In this document: positions 39,761-55,440 of the stretch, piece after piece
Layout: each line of letters opens with the position of its first letter
How positions within the stretch are numbered: position 1 is the stretch's first letter
DNA from: Octopus vulgaris
Taxonomy: Eukaryota
DNA: 64,000 bases
Assembly (NCBI GenBank): GCA_951406725.2
Contig: OX597817.1
Location: forward strand, 109,430,001-109,494,000
Reading direction: 5' to 3'
Program-made: the position numbers and the translations under genes
Notes under the pieces: model-generated
What the model was told of the DNA's origin: nothing
What the model saw: the letters and a program-made list of their open reading frames with translations, nothing else
Database searches by the model: none

Positions 39761-41896
39761 AATCGTCTAGTCGTTTAGATGGCGTGTATAATTTGTCGTA
39801 ATAAGGAAAGCCGTTGAGAGTCTCTCTGTTTTGTCTGTTTACGACTAGTGCACATTTATTGCCGACATTCTGGCTCGTAGCATTTAGTTCGCAAATATAT
39901 TCAATGAATATTACCAGAAAGCTCTAAATATCCACGCTTGGGGTTTCGTACAACCACATTCAGTTGTGGATTATGATATTGTCTATTGAATAGTTTCTTC
40001 TGCCACGTGAAATGATTACGTGTGATTATAACTAGGCGAGTTTGATGTAACACTTTGTGCGTACAGGGATATAGGCTCAAGTTATAGATATATATATCGT
40101 TTCTGGATTTGGTTTGCATATTCATTTGTTTCATTCATTTGACTGCAGCCATGCTGGAGCACCGCCTTTTTAGTCGAACAAACCAACCCCAGAACTTATT
40201 CTATGTAAACCTACTACTTATTCTATCGGGCGCTTTTGTCGAACCGCTAGTTGACTTTAATAAAACAACAAAATATTTGTTTCAGTTTCTGAAACGTTAA
40301 TCTAAAAAATTATTTCCCTGATTTCTGTGGTATTGTGAAGTAAACTACCCTAAAAATGCCAGATCTATTTTACCGCTCAGTGGTTTGTCCCGCAGTCTCT
40401 ATTGTGTTTCTTCTTTCATTTTCTCTCTTTTCCTTTTTTTTAATGTTCTTTTCCACACCACAAAGCAAGGGACATAATTACAGCTAGGAATGATGATCCA
40501 ATGAGTGCTAAAGCTGAGCAAGGTGCCAGCAACACGTTAAGAAATGTTAAATGCTCGTGCAATAAACCGAAGTGCTATTAATTTGTTTATCACCTGTAAC
40601 ACTCCAAAGCTCTGTATGAGGTTATAGATTCTATTATTAATATTTTTCCTAATTGTAAACATAAATCATTTTCAATGTGTAATTGAATAATTTTATTTCT
40701 AAACATCGCTATTTGGCTATGATACGATTACAAAAATACGTATGCAACAGAGTCAAATCAAAACCCTCTTGGGCGAATATTTTAGAAGGACACCACTTAA
40801 TGCTTAATTGATTGACGTGCAGTTCATTAAGCAAATGCCTAAGCTAAGTATGACAGAAATAATTGTGTAAACAGTTTGCTGAAAATACTGTCCAGGTTAA
40901 ATGACATTTTCTTTTGACATCCAGACATGTGAATGTGTAAACTACTAGCGCCCGCTTTAATGGATCACATACGGTAACTACAGCCATTAAAACAATAAAT
41001 GCAAGCTGCTGTTAACCAACCCCACCAGTTCCGAAACTTTTACCATTACTAAACAATATTAAAGAGACGATAAAATAGAAATATGTTGTTTTCTAAGAAA
41101 GACGTACAAAATACGATAAATTCTTCAAAAGAATTTTATTGAAAACTAAAACGAAACAAGAATAGATATTGTAAATGAAAGCTATTTATAAGAAAGAAAC
41201 AAAAATCGGTAGAATTAAACGAGGATTATTTGTGCAATGCGAGGAGAATAAAAACATCAGGCAATGACAGACAAACGATATAGTAATTTCCATGATATTT
41301 TATTAATAAATAATTCCCTTCCACGAATATAAGTCGACATCAGATTAGCTTATATTCTAAATCTCAGTAAATAATAAAAGAAGTAAATGAGAGATCAGCA
41401 GAGAAGGAATGTCTATTCCTTCATAAAGTCGAAAAATAGAAAATTTAGCAAGTCATATATAAAACAATATAATGACGCAAGAAGAGAAGATATTGATTAG
41501 TTTAGTGAATACAAAAGCCAAATAGGATTCCATTATATCTGCGTGTGTATGTGTGTGTGTGCGTGTGCATCTGTGTGCGTCTGTGTGTGCTTGTATGTAT
41601 CATGTATGTATGCGTACATGCTTATGATTGCGTGTATGTATGTACGTAAGGATACGCGCGCCTGTAAGCATGTTTGGTTGTATGAATATGTGAGGGTTTA
41701 TGCATTTTTACGTATTACGATGTGTGTGTGTGAGCATGTGTGTATGTCTCTACATAGTATATATATATTTATATATTTATATAAATGTGTGTGCATGTGT
41801 ATATATATATATATATATATAAATATATATATATATATGCATATACACATATATATATATACATATATACGTATATATATGTATACACACACATAC

Positions 41897-41938
<42 letters not shown>

Positions 41939-42466
41939 CATTACATATGATATATGCTATGATATATGTATATATATATATATATACATACATGCATATC
42001 ATAGCATATCTCATATCAGAGCCACCACCTTATATAACCATAAGAACAATGAACAATGTCTTAAACACTATGTTCCCGTAAACAAGATGCTTAACAGTGC
42101 ATCCGGATAAATTCGCTTAAAATGATATATAATCAGGGGAAAATGTCAAAAATATTACAATAGAGATTACTGAAAGTTTAAGTAATTTAAAATGGTTGCA
42201 CTGCAACTAACAATCTTGTACGAAATTACTATAGAACTGTCATGAGTGGGAGAAGAAACAGGTTAGGAATCTATTTACTATTCTTTAAAACTTAATGTAA
42301 ATACACACGCATGTATACACGAAAGCAATTACATTCACTGTGAGAGTTTGTGAGTACAAATCTTTTTGTATATGTATTTCTGTGTGTGTCTTACTCTGTA
42401 TGTATATTTGAATGCCTGTTATATGCATGTATATAAAGACACAGGCATACACGCATACACACACAA

Positions 42467-42761
<295 letters not shown>

Positions 42762-45700
42762 TACTCGTTTACATTTACTTCAGTCAGTGTACTGCAGCTA
42801 GGCTTCGTAAAACATCACCTTCATGTCTTCATTGATTCAATAACCTCAGTTCTGACTTTTTTAAAGTCTGATACTTATGCTATATATATTTCTTTGGGCT
42901 AAGTCATTATTTTACAGGAATGTAAACAAACTAATCTTGGTTGCCAAGCGTTGACAAATACATGCAAACACAAACAAGCACTCATACATACATACATACA
43001 TACATACATACATACATACATACATACATACATACATACATACATACATACATGCACACACACGCACGCACGCACACACACACACATATATATATATATA
43101 CATACGCATACACACACACACACACACAAATAAATATATACATATATACATTGATGTATACACAAATACATGAAAGCACGCATACATACGTACACGCATG
43201 ATATTAATCTTCGCATGTAGGTATGACTGCCTGCCTGCATGCATGTACGTAGGTATATATTTATCTAACACAGAAACAGTAATAGTAATTATAAGAGGTT
43301 TTATAACTAGCTGCTTTGCTTGTAGTTATAGTAACAGTTTCTGACTAAGAAACGATGCAGGAGGTAAACGTTTGAGATCAGTGCGGACAGCTTAAATGCC
43401 GCATAGTATTTTTCAAACACCACCTCCTAAACAGCAGCAGAAAAACAAGTATGTAAATCTAGTGCTGGAAAGCGAAAGCAACAATATCTTACGTGGCGGC
43501 AATACTCTCCTCAATAGCTATTATCTTCCTGATGACCTCTCTTACAACCCCCAAACAGCCGAGCTAACTTTTCTGGGAGAGCACCTAAATATGAAACGAT
43601 CATCATAACAAATTATACAAAAAATATCTATCGGTATGCTTAGAACCTTCAGTTTCTGTACGAAGGTTATAATTTCATGATTATCCCAATGATAAATAGT
43701 GCACTTTGTTATGTTAGTAAATATGTAAGTAGTAATGTGACTACGTCGTGGATTTCAGAAAACGTAATCAACCAGCTAACACGCAAATTACAAGTGAAGA
43801 TATGCAAAACTTTTCAAGTTACCACCTTCAACAATGAATGAAGCTTTCAAATAAAAATGGAAAATGACGTATGTATATGCATGTATACATACACACTAAG
43901 TCAGTGGATAGCTGAATTAGTGGCGTGATGGGAAAAATTCGCCGTTGATTTTAGTTAGGTCCTTAATGTCCTGAGTTCGAATTCCAGTGTGGTTATATTC
44001 TTCAATTATCCATCTGTGACTGATGAAATAAGTAATGAAGCCTGTTAATAATTCATGCCTTCTCCCAAAATGCGTGGCTTTGTATACCGGGATTATCTAG
44101 CGCAGAAAGACGGTGAATTTTATCTTTGGATATTCTAAGTACAAATCCAGCCAAGGTTAATTTTACTTATTTTTCCCAAGATAGGTAAATATACTAACAT
44201 CCTTCCCTACAAACTGCTGGCCTTGTGCCTAAATAAAATGCAATTGACTGATGTTGAGATTATAATAATTTGCATTGTATTATTCTCTTGGACCCACCAA
44301 GTTTTGTCTACACGTTTATAGTGGCCATAAGAATATACTGAGGAAACACATTTTATGCATGGCTACGCGTGTATGGTGGACAAAAAAATGTACTCATTTT
44401 TATTTAGTGAGTCTGTAGGAAGACCATGGGTAGTCGTTCTCACATAATATCGATCAAATATATTTTGAATAGTGTTTCTTCTAATAGAGATACTTGGATA
44501 ACTTCTGAAGGAAGATGTTTGTAACGATAATATAAAAAAAAAGTGATTTCACTAAAGATTTGGTAGTATATCTCAGACACTAAGTCTGTTGATATGTTAT
44601 TTTATTCTAGATCTGGTTACCATCTGAAATCACTAACTATTCAGTATTGGTTTACATCGAGTTAAAAGATAAATGGTAAGAAGGAAAACAAAACTCTAAA
44701 AAAGAAATTGAAGAAAAGTTCCTCCTATAATATCAGTGAGCGAGTGTATCTTATAGAGATTAAGTCATTTGTGAAATGGCTTATTTTATTCATATTTGAA
44801 TTAGTTAATATACCAATATATCATAGACGAACCTAAAATATGTCTATTCATAAATTCAGTCATACATATTCAGTTATAGATATATGTGTGTGTATTGTTT
44901 TCGTGTATTTGTATGTGAGTGTGCGTATGTGTGTGTGTGTTATCTTGATACTTTATATGCATTTACAATTACTTGAATGAGAATAGTATTCGTGTGTATG
45001 TTTGTTAGTGTTTGTGTTTGAGTGTTTTCTGCCTCTCTTTCGCCCACTCTCCCTCTCTCCCCCTCTCTCATTCTCTCTCTTTCTCTCTGTATTGTTTGCT
45101 AAAAATATAGCTAGCACATCACCATAAAATATATAGATGTATAGCCGTCTAGCTCTTGACTTTGAAACAATTTATCTTGTGTTATAATTCACATCGATGT
45201 TACACATGAAGTCAAATGAAACGAAGATGAAGTCTCGCTAAAACAACTAGATCAATATCAAAATTGTCACAATTTCTTAACTACGAAAGACAGATTACAA
45301 GACAACGGGAAACGCACACAGTAAAAATAAAAATATAAAAAGGCTGAGTAATGATAATGATAATGCGAATCAGTATGTAAGGGAAAATAGATATTTGAAA
45401 AAAAAAACGTGCTACAAAGAGGAGAGTTGAATGTTGATTCAGCTGTCATTAACTATTATTCAGATGTCTACGTTTTCCGGGTGTCTAAATCGTCTTTAAA
45501 CGAATATGTTGGATGTAGACACTTACATATTTATGAACATAACAGAAGATACACAAAATCACTTTGTTATTACATAGTAAATGTCAATCTTGATCTAGTG
45601 AAGCTGCAGTCTTCCAAGCCTAGAAACAAGAACAAGAATTATAATAATTCCTAAGTTTTGTGTTGCAATAAAGTTTACATCCTCGTGTTAATTCCTTTAT

Positions 45701-46550
45701 AATATTACTGTCTAAAGAAGAGTATATTCTGCGGATTAAATCGCTGGTGCTTAGGACAAATTAGGAGAACTCAAATTATGTATTTATGATAACGATTTGA
45801 AAATAAATTGCAACAATAATACAGACAGATACGAGCCTCTCTTTAATAAAGTATGTTAGAATATGGTTTGCTTATTAAATTTGAGCAGCAGAGTGCCAGG
45901 ATACATACAATACTTAATGTTTCTATGCAACACCTTTTACGAAGATTTATTATGATTTAATAGTGTTTATTCTTTCAAAAATACAAAAACAAACCATCAT
46001 GCTTTTGTCATGAACCAGTTAGATACGAAAAATATTAAAGATATTTATAATATATAATTTATTTCATGAACTGTTTAATATGAACAAACTTTTGTAACTC
46101 ATGGCTAGCCTCAAGTCAAATCTAAAGTTACAAATCTATGATCAAAATCTTTCGAACGTTATCACCTCATTCTTTCCCATACAAGAAACCACAGTGTGAT
46201 TTGACTTAGATTTTTCCATTTATCTATAGGAGGTCGAGTAACTACGTTGCGACTGCATTCAGGCTATTTTTATATCTCTGTGTTCTGATTTCAAATCCCA
46301 ATTGAGATCATCCTAACAATTCATTTCTTCGTAGTTGATAAAATAGTAACAGCTAAGTGCTGAAATCGATTAAATCGATTATACGTCTCCCTTAAAATGG
46401 GTGATGTGTGCCAATACATGTGATCGATTCATTAAACAGAGTATGACATCAAGTGCAGTTAAGCTAGCAGTAAACGACCTTCAAGTCGATAAGTATTTTT
46501 AGTTTCAAATCCAGTAAAAGACATTTCAGTTCATATATCTTATATATATA

Positions 46551-46757
46551 TTTCTTTACTACCCACAAGGGGCTAAACACAGAGGGGACAAACGGATTAA
46601 GTCGATTACATCGACCCCAGTGCGTAACTGGTACTTAATTTATCGACCCCGAAAGGATGAAAGGCAAAGTCGACCTCGGCGGAATTTGAACTCAGAACGC
46701 AACAGCAGACGAAATACGGCTACGCATTTCGCCCGGCGTGCTAACGTTTCTGCCAGC
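46551..46757 (-). mobile_element. SINE family B, young copy
   Basis: Near-identical to the reverse complement of 47762-47966. Confidence 0.9.
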
Positions 46758-47761
46758 GGCGTTAATGACGCTAGGAAAATTATGAATATCGCAAGAGGTT
46801 GGGATTATTAAGAAAGATATCTTTGAAACTGTTATATCGCAATACTACACAGAGGCTGTGTCAGCTACGAAATCCTCGTTGCCACTGTTATGTCGCACGT
46901 TCGGATGACTTCTACTCAACTCTACCCTACTCGACTCTCTACGTCTAGCCTTCTCCCTCTATATCTACGTATTGGGTTAGCCTACTTCGTATGTCTTCCT
47001 TAGTAGTATTTATGCTATAACTAAACTGAATTATCAGACCTGTCATCCGAAACCTACTCTCAGATTCATCTCATTATCAATTAGGAACAATATCAATTTT
47101 CTTCATTTAATTTCTAGAGGAATATATTAGTTTATAATTTTAGCACAAAGCCAGCGATTTTGTGTGAGGAGCTAGTCTATTACATCGACCCCAGTGCTTA
47201 ACTTGTACTTATTTTATCGATTTTATTGACTTTTATCGAGAGAATAAAAGGCGAAGTAAACTTCAACAGAAATAGAACTCAGAACGTAAAGCCGGAGGAA
47301 TGCCGTTAAGCATATTGGCACTTGCGAATATAGCTGCGTGCTAATGGATTTCGCATCGCGACCACGTGGTTTTGCATTGAATCCTCGTGCATTGAACCTT
47401 GAGTGGTGTCTTCCAACATAACCTCTGTTAGAATAATACTATATGGAACAAAATCGGAACCAGAACATATGTCCTTTGCAATTATGTATTCATGTATGTT
47501 CTCATCTTAATCATTTCAATTCTTATTGCGAGAAAGTGGCTGATTTCTACCATGGAAGCAAAACTCAACCACTGGAATTTAGATAACAACACATTTATTG
47601 TAAGTATTCTGCTTACAGATAGTGTGAAGTGCCTGATAGATGGTTGTTATTCTTATATTCCAAAAGGTTATTAGCTTTCAAAGACTATTACTCAAACATT
47701 TACAAATATTAGCCAAGTGCATCAATATTATTTTACGTGTGTGTGTGTGTGTGTGTGTGTG

Positions 47762-48135
47762 TGGCAGAAACGTTAGCACGCCGGGCGAAATGCGTAGCCG
47801 TATTTCGTCTGCTATTACGCTCTGAGTTCAAATTCCGCCGAGGTCGACTTTGCCTTTCATCCTTTCGGGGTCGATTAAATAAGTACCAGTTACGCACTGG
47901 GGTCGATATAATCGACTTAATCCGTTTGTCTATCCTTGTTCGTCCCCTCTGTGGGTAGTAAAGAAACATGTATTTTGTCTGCCGCTACGTTCTGAGTTCA
48001 AATTCCACGGAGGTCGATTTTGCCTTTCATCCTTTTGGGGTCGATAAATTAAATACCACTGAAATTCTAGGGTCGTTGTAATCGACTAGTCCCCTCCCCA
48101 AAAACTTCAGGCCTTGTGCCTATAATAGAAAGAAT
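47762..48135 (+). mobile_element. SINE family B, tandem dimer
   Basis: Unit 1 (47762-47966) is joined at GTATTTTGTCTGCC to a head-less unit 2 ending GGCCTTGTGCCTATAATAGAAAGAAT. Confidence 0.9.
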
Positions 48136-48155
48136 TGTGTGTGTGTGTGTGCGTG

Positions 48156-48247
<92 letters not shown>

Positions 48248-48625
48248 TTTGTGCCTGTATCGGTGTAGGGTATAATAATTGGCGAGAAAACTAAAATATC
48301 AATGCTTTACAAATATCACATCTTGAAATGTATTTCATTCGCAGGGTTAGACACTCGCTTGTCACTCTCGATATCAGATCATAATGGATCACCAATTCCC
48401 AGTCCATGTACTGCTAAGCAACGACTTTTTCCGTACAACAAAGACGATACACATAAATAATAAATTCAAAACCTGAAATCATATAACCCAAATATTAAAA
48501 CTTACTAGCATATTCGGCTTTCCATCATGTGACTCCTGCTCAGTAGTATTTTCCATTAAACAAGATATATCACTTTGAAAATGAAAGCGATCAATGTATT
48601 ATCTGGTGGATATTAAAAGACAGTG

Positions 48626-48942
48626 AAAGCGTGTGCCTTGGTGGTTAGGGTATTCGACTAATGATCGTAAGGTCATGAGTTCAATTTCAGGCGACTCGTT
48701 ATGTCCTTGAGCAAGATACATCATTTCACGTTGCTCCAGTCCAATCAGGTGGTAAAAATGAGATGCGCCTGTTTCATGGGCCAGCCTTGTCTCACTCTGT
48801 GTCATGCTGAATCTTTCTGAAAACTACGTTAAGAGTACACCTGTCTGTGGAGTACTCAGTCACCTGCACATTAATTTCACAAGCAGACTGCTCCGTTGAT
48901 CGGATCAACTCGAACCCTCGTGGTTGTAACCGACGGAGAGCT
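48626..48942 (+). mobile_element. SINE family C, full length
   Basis: CTTGGTGGTTAGGGTATTCGAC...GAGTTCAATT...TCCTTGAGCAAG...GTAACCGACGGAG. Confidence 0.85.
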
Positions 48943-50607
48943 AGTTTTGTTTTTATTAAAGGAGAGTTTCGTTTGTAGACAACTTTACTATCTATGCTAT
49001 ATATGAAAGATTGAGTTAAAGAATTTTAACATATTCTCAACATAATAATGGAAACCTATATTTTAAACATTTTTTAAGTTCTTTGTATTTTCTTCATGTA
49101 TTTCATATTATCGTATAAAACAGACAGTCAATGACCAGTGCACCTGAAACAGTAAAATTAACCTAACAGACCATGTTTTTCTATATAAATTACACAGAAA
49201 TTTGTAAATGACTAAGTGTAAGTATATTTCTCATTTTGGTGTATGTTGTATAGAGTTATACAGATAGTACACTGCAGTATTACAGTCGAAATATTCAATA
49301 TTCCTTCTTGAAGTTAGATGTCGTGTATATAATTTCTAAGTGTAGTCTCAAATTGTCCGAACTCTTTAAATAACATTATCTACTGCTTGTAATATATTCG
49401 GGCAAATTCTGCAGATGATCACTTGAAAACATGAGAAATGGATGGTCATCAGTTTTTATCCTATAACAACTTAATTAGTAAGTACAGAGACACCAAGTTT
49501 TAGACAGGAAACCTTATACACTAGATAAGAAATATTCAAAATGCTTTAAATCTTGAAACAGTCGTTATGATCAGTTAAGGACCCAAAATCTGTTAAATTC
49601 ACTTTTTGTTTATTTCGTCATTGATTGTACGATTGAGAAAAAATAAATAAACGTGAATGTAAGAGTTTTTGTATCTTCTGAATTAATTGTAATAGCACTC
49701 ACGATAAAGTTACTTCAGGTTCAACAACCAGCTACAAATCAAACTATTTGCTAAGCAAATAAAACTCAGAAATTTAAGCCATAACGATTCTTTAAATCAT
49801 TGGTGTAACATGCATATAGTAACGCACACACACACACACACACTTTTTTTTTATTTATTCTTAACCAGACATTATCTAATATATGCAAATTCATCTTGGT
49901 TAGAAATAAGCCATTTCTTTAATTTAACAGGATACTGTTGAAATTACTTCTCCATACATGTTTAATAATCAATCAGACAGCTAGTAGGGGCTGAATCACA
50001 TTACTACGTCGTCATAACTCATAAAAGTTTGTTTTGAAGGAAGACAGACGCATTTGCACATTTATCTTTGACTACCTCAAACCCAACCGTTTTGTTCATT
50101 GAATTATGATAAGTCGTTATAGCATAGTCCTTTTGTCGGCTCTAACCAACTCGCTTCATGGTAATGCTCTCTAATCGTGTTCATCTCTTTGTTTTCCTCT
50201 ATATCTTACCTTCTTTAAGATGGTAGTACGTGATTTGAAAGAGATTTTGATTTTAGCTTTATTAAGTCGAGCAACCTAGTGAAATTAATATCTCTCGTTC
50301 TCATTGGTTCTTATTGTTCCGTCGGCGTTACAAGGCAGCCATTGTAGCAGTTAAGTTCTCCGCAGTGCTGCTGCTGCTTGCTTCTTACATAGTTTCATTC
50401 AGTTCTAAATCAGATATCTTAAGAGACCATCCAAAGACCACAATCCAATCTTCGTATTCGTAAATTAATGTAGAAAACCGTATAAAACACCACTCGGGGT
50501 TTAGTTGTAATTTCCATATAATTTTCTATAGCATATTCTCAAACATTCTTTCTGAAATCGCGTTCTTCTGTGTACCGAATACAGACAATCTTAATAATAT
50601 CCGTGTG

Positions 50608-51326
50608 AAAAGGGTGTGCTCAAAGAATCTTATGCTAACTGTGATGGAGTTATGCTAGAAATGTAAATCTTGTATGCATTAATATCATCTCTTCTTAATA
50701 ATAACATCATTGTTTTTAAACTGATATCTGTCTGACTGTTCAAAGAAAACTTTAAAAGTAGCTAATAACGACTTCTCTTGAACATCAACAAAATTTGGCA
50801 TCGAGGTGTCATCAAGTACCTTCACACAATACATACAGTGGGAACACCCTGGCTCACCTGCTCCAAATAAGGCCAAGCTCGATTCATCTGCAGGGAAGTG
50901 GATGGCCTCAGTTTTTTGGGATGATAGATAGATTGGAGTGTACTGTTCCAAGTTACTAAAGCAATTCCAGAAGGCTGTCAATACTAAACTCATGACTGCT
51001 TCAATGACTGCTGTGAGTTTCAATGATTGCTGTGAGTGACTGTGGCTTTGAACTGGTTGACCACCCTCTGACTATCATTCGTTCTCCAACATAAGACACA
51101 CTTGGCTGGGAAAAAGTATCACATTGATGATGACGTCATGTCTGCTGTTGATGTCTTTCTGACCAACAGGATGAAAGCTTCTTCACCAGTGGAATCCAGT
51201 CACTGCAACGCTGATGGAAGAAATGTGTGGACCGCAAGAGGGAGTATGTTGAAAAATAAACCGCATTTGTTCAAATTCCATGAAAGTATTTTGGTCATCC
51301 TTTGAAATTTATAGTCGACCCTCGTA
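50608..51326 (+). mobile_element. Internally deleted mariner (irritans-like)
   Basis: KIWHRGVIKYL; QWEHPGSPAPNKAK..SAGKWMASVFWD; DCGFELVDHP; SDYH; LAGKKY..DDDV; WKKCVDRKREYVEK*. The 3' TIR ends GACCCTCG-TA. Confidence 0.85.
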
Positions 51327-54300
51327 AATACGAGTCAAGAAGTTTCTCAGCGCAACACAAATAACACTTGTCTTGCAATCTGTTAGCTTTATGTAAGGAA
51401 TGGATTGACGATAGCAAGATAATAAGCTTCAGAATTTGCAAAAACTGGTTTTAGAAATCTTTTCTCTGTCCTACTAAGTAATTTAACATCAACATTACAA
51501 GCACATCTATTAATTGCTAATTAGAATTACAGGACAGTTTTGACATAGATTCCAATACCTTATTTGTATGCTTCAAACATCTGACGTTTAATTCCTCCTG
51601 GTTTATTGAGATTAATGAGTATATGTCATACATTTCTGATGTAGTTATATTTATTCTAATGTTAGTATCTACTTTTATTAGATTAAGGTCACTAATACTT
51701 CAGTAGAAAATATTTCTGATCACTGGAGACCTCAAGTAATTGGAAATAGTTTATAGCAAAGAAAAAAGGATTAATTTACTAATCTTACTTGTGATAATCA
51801 TGATACATAACTTTTTAAAGACGCATCTACATAAGGTATTTTGTGAATGAAATACCTTTTCAGTACATTCTATTAATAGACAGCTTTTTTTTATATATAT
51901 TTCGAGAAATCTTTACAAGTTTTCTAACAAAATTATAAATTCATTTTGAAAAGGAATTTAACATCTAAATCAACACATCCGTTAATTGATAATTAAAATT
52001 ACAGGACATTTTTGACACCTTATTTACATGTTTCAAATATTTGACGTTTATTTTACTTATATCATTGCTATCACTTTTATGGCATTTCAACTCGGAATAT
52101 AAATAGACAAGTAAATCGGAGTACAGTTTGCACTGGCTCTTCCATCTGCGATGATGACAGTAATAATAATACTTAAAAAGTTATATTTGCTATCACCCTC
52201 GAGGATGTAAGAACCAGTGAATGGTAGGCAAACTGCCCTATAATGTTTTCGCTTCTTATTGCTAGTTTGTATGCCACAGGAACCAATGTTGCCTTTCATC
52301 TTTCAGAATTCGATGAAATAGACTCATTCAAGTATTTGAGTCTATTTAAGGTTGTTTTTTCCAAAAAAATGTCGTACGTTTATTTTTCCCTTTGTCAGAA
52401 AAAAATTATAACTGTCATAACCAAAAGTAGTGTGAGTGGAAATGATTTAGAATACCCCATTTTACATTCCTCCAGAGGCGACTTGGTAGTTAGTTCTTTT
52501 AGGCTTCGTAAAGCAAGTAATCAAGGGTTGGGTGAGATGGTAAAATTGTCTAAATATTCCCTCTAAATTTGAAGATCTGCGACCGAGGCACGCAGCCCTA
52601 TTGCGTCACAGTGTACCTGAGATATGCAAATGCTGGTATTTCTTTATATTAAAGTTACCCGGCAGATACAATGCTAAAAACTAGTACATATAATTCGTTC
52701 TGCTTTAGTCTGTGTTATATATTTGTTTCTTAACATCCTTTGGAATTAAATATAATTATTACATTTAGCATATGAAGCGCAAACCGTTCTTCACTCTCTG
52801 TCACGGTGAACATCCATAGACGTTAACACGATCACTGTACTTTTCAATTGTCTGAATACGTGCCTAAATTGGTTGTGTATGATAAAGGCATATATTTAAA
52901 TCTATGTATACAGATAGTGTTCTACTTGAGACATATATAATTATACATTTCTGCCGTTACGTACATATATATATATATACGTATTTGTATTTAACAGTGG
53001 ATGTGTCTGTGATCAAGCATAATTGTATTTTAACCTCTTTTTACATGATGAGACTGTATATGAGTTGGAATATGTGACTGCTTAAAAGCGAACTATTCAA
53101 TATCAGTTGAAACAATGTATCACTGATGGCAATATAACAAGCCATTAAAGTAGAAAAATCATCAAAAGAACAATTCTATTATGAAAATAAAACAGATGAA
53201 ACGTGGATCGAAGAAAATATCTTACTCAGACTTCATTAAATGGACATGAATAGAATAAATTTATCCTTGAAGGTGTATCAGAAATAAAAGTCTTCCAATG
53301 GCAAACGTCTCAATATACAACTTCCTGAATCACTTCTTTCACTTATGGAAGATGTTTACAAATTACAATGGAACAAAATTCTAATTCAGTATCTTATTTG
53401 AAGAGCTGTTAGGACAAACGATTCTGTCATAAATTTCTCTAGTTCAACTGCGAACAGTTTCACTTTTCCTACACATTATGTACTGCACTGACGAAAGCGA
53501 ATTCAATTCTTTAATTATTAAAGCTGTTAGCTGATAAATACAATCTTTCCTCCGTCTATGTGGAGGTGTTAGGCTATTTTTAAGATTGACAAAGAATTTT
53601 AATACAGAATTGTTTACATGATATTTTATTGATGTAAATCGAAAGATGCAATTGTGATAGTGATACGAAATTATCTCTACGGCTGATGCATGAAACTAAA
53701 ATCGGATGTGTTGATTACTGAAGGTTCAGTAAACAAATATTTAATGAGTAGCCTTTTTAAATATGAATACGCATGTGCACACATGCGTACATGTACGAAT
53801 ATACACACATACGCTCGAGTACACGTACACACATATAATCATATATACGAATATACTTAAATACAGAGATTTATATTTATGTATCTACATGCTTGTCTAT
53901 AGATATTTATATTTTTATCAAATATTTACTGTATGTAAAAGGGTTTTATTATCAGCTCTTTTTATTTGTTATAATACTAAATACATGCACACAACGATAC
54001 ATTCATATATATATATTTACAAAAACGCTTATATACACACATATACATATATTTACAAAAACGCTTATATTTTATATATTTATGTAGCTGTTTATATTTC
54101 AGAGCATAATGTTTCAAATATTTTTTGTGTGTTTAAAAGGTCCTTATCAGGTCTTTTTTGTTTTTTTCTAGCAGAATATTTCAGATTTCAAATTTCAAAT
54201 AATGTACTGGGCGAAAAATACAGTGGGGAAAAGTGGGGAAGCAGAAACAATGTGTTTAATATCCTATTGATCAAACATACTTTAAAATTCAATTACTCCG

Positions 54301-54329
54301 CATACATCTAATAAATTTTATCGTATGTA

Positions 54330-54487
54330 GGCGTAGGAATGGCTGTGTGGTATGTAGCTTGCTTACCAACCACATGGTTCCGGGTTCAGTCCCACTGCGT
54401 GTCACCTTGGACAAGTATCTTCTACTATAGCCTCGGGCCGACCAAAGCCGTGTGAGTGAATTTGGTAGACGGAAACTGAAAGAAGCC

Positions 54488-54527
<40 letters not shown>

Positions 54528-54738
54528 GTGTGTGTGTGTGTGTTTGTCCCTCCATCATCGCTTGAGAACCGATGGTGGTGTGTTTACGTACCCGTAACTT
54601 AGCGGTTCGGCAAAAGAGACCAATAGAATAAGTACTAGGCTTACAAAGAATAAGTCCTGGGGTTGATATGCTCGACTAAAGGCGGTGCTCCAGCATGGCC
54701 ACAGTCAAATGAGTGAAACAAGTAAAAGAATAAAAGAA
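54330..54738 (+). mobile_element. SINE family A, full length
   Basis: GGCGTAGGAATGGCTGTGTGG...GAAACAAGTAAAAGAATAAAAGA. Confidence 0.92.
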
Positions 54739-54861
54739 AATAATGTACTTCAGTGTGTTGCTTTATATTTCTTGTAGACTTCAACCATGCTCATTGATGT
54801 TATAATGAAGATAATGTATATATATATATGTATACGTGTGTGTGTGCGTTTATATGCATCA

Positions 54862-55070
54862 CTTTTACTCTTTTACTTGTTTCAGTCCTTTGTCTGCGGC
54901 CATGTTGGAGCAGCGCCTTTTTTTAATCGAGCAAATCTACCCCAGAACTTATTCTTTGGAAGTCTAGTACTTATTCTAACGGTCCATTTTGCCGAACCGC
55001 TAAATTACGAGGGCGTAAACACACCGGCATCGGTTGTCAAGCGTGTTAGGGGACAAACACAGACACACAA

Positions 55071-55135
<65 letters not shown>

Positions 55136-55306
55136 GGTATATACGACGGGCTTCTTTCAGTTTCCGTCTACCAAATCCACTCACAAGGCTTTGGTCGGTC
55201 CGAGGCTATAGTAGAAGACACTTACCCAAGGTGCCACGCAGTGGGAATGAACCTGGAACCATGTGGATGGTAAGCAAGCTATTTATCACACAGCCACGCA
55301 TGCGCC
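54862..55306 (-). mobile_element. SINE family A, full length
   Basis: Reverse complement of family A, arranged tail-to-tail with 54330-54738. Confidence 0.92.
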
Positions 55307-55389
55307 TATAACATTTATATACATATGTGTGTATATGCGTGTGTGTGTGTGAATCTGTAAATGTCTCTGTGTGTGTGTTTGTGTGTGTC

Positions 55390-55440
<51 letters not shown>

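Noticed and set aside
53200-53370. Possible Helitron/PIF1 helicase C-terminal relic (NKS..QWQT..LPE..FTYG)
   Set aside because: It requires several frameshifts and the similarity is too weak by eye.
54330-54405. tRNA genes at SINE heads (also 15722, 27283, 48626)
   Set aside because: A/B-box-like motifs are present, but there is no convincing cloverleaf and each continues into a repeated SINE body.
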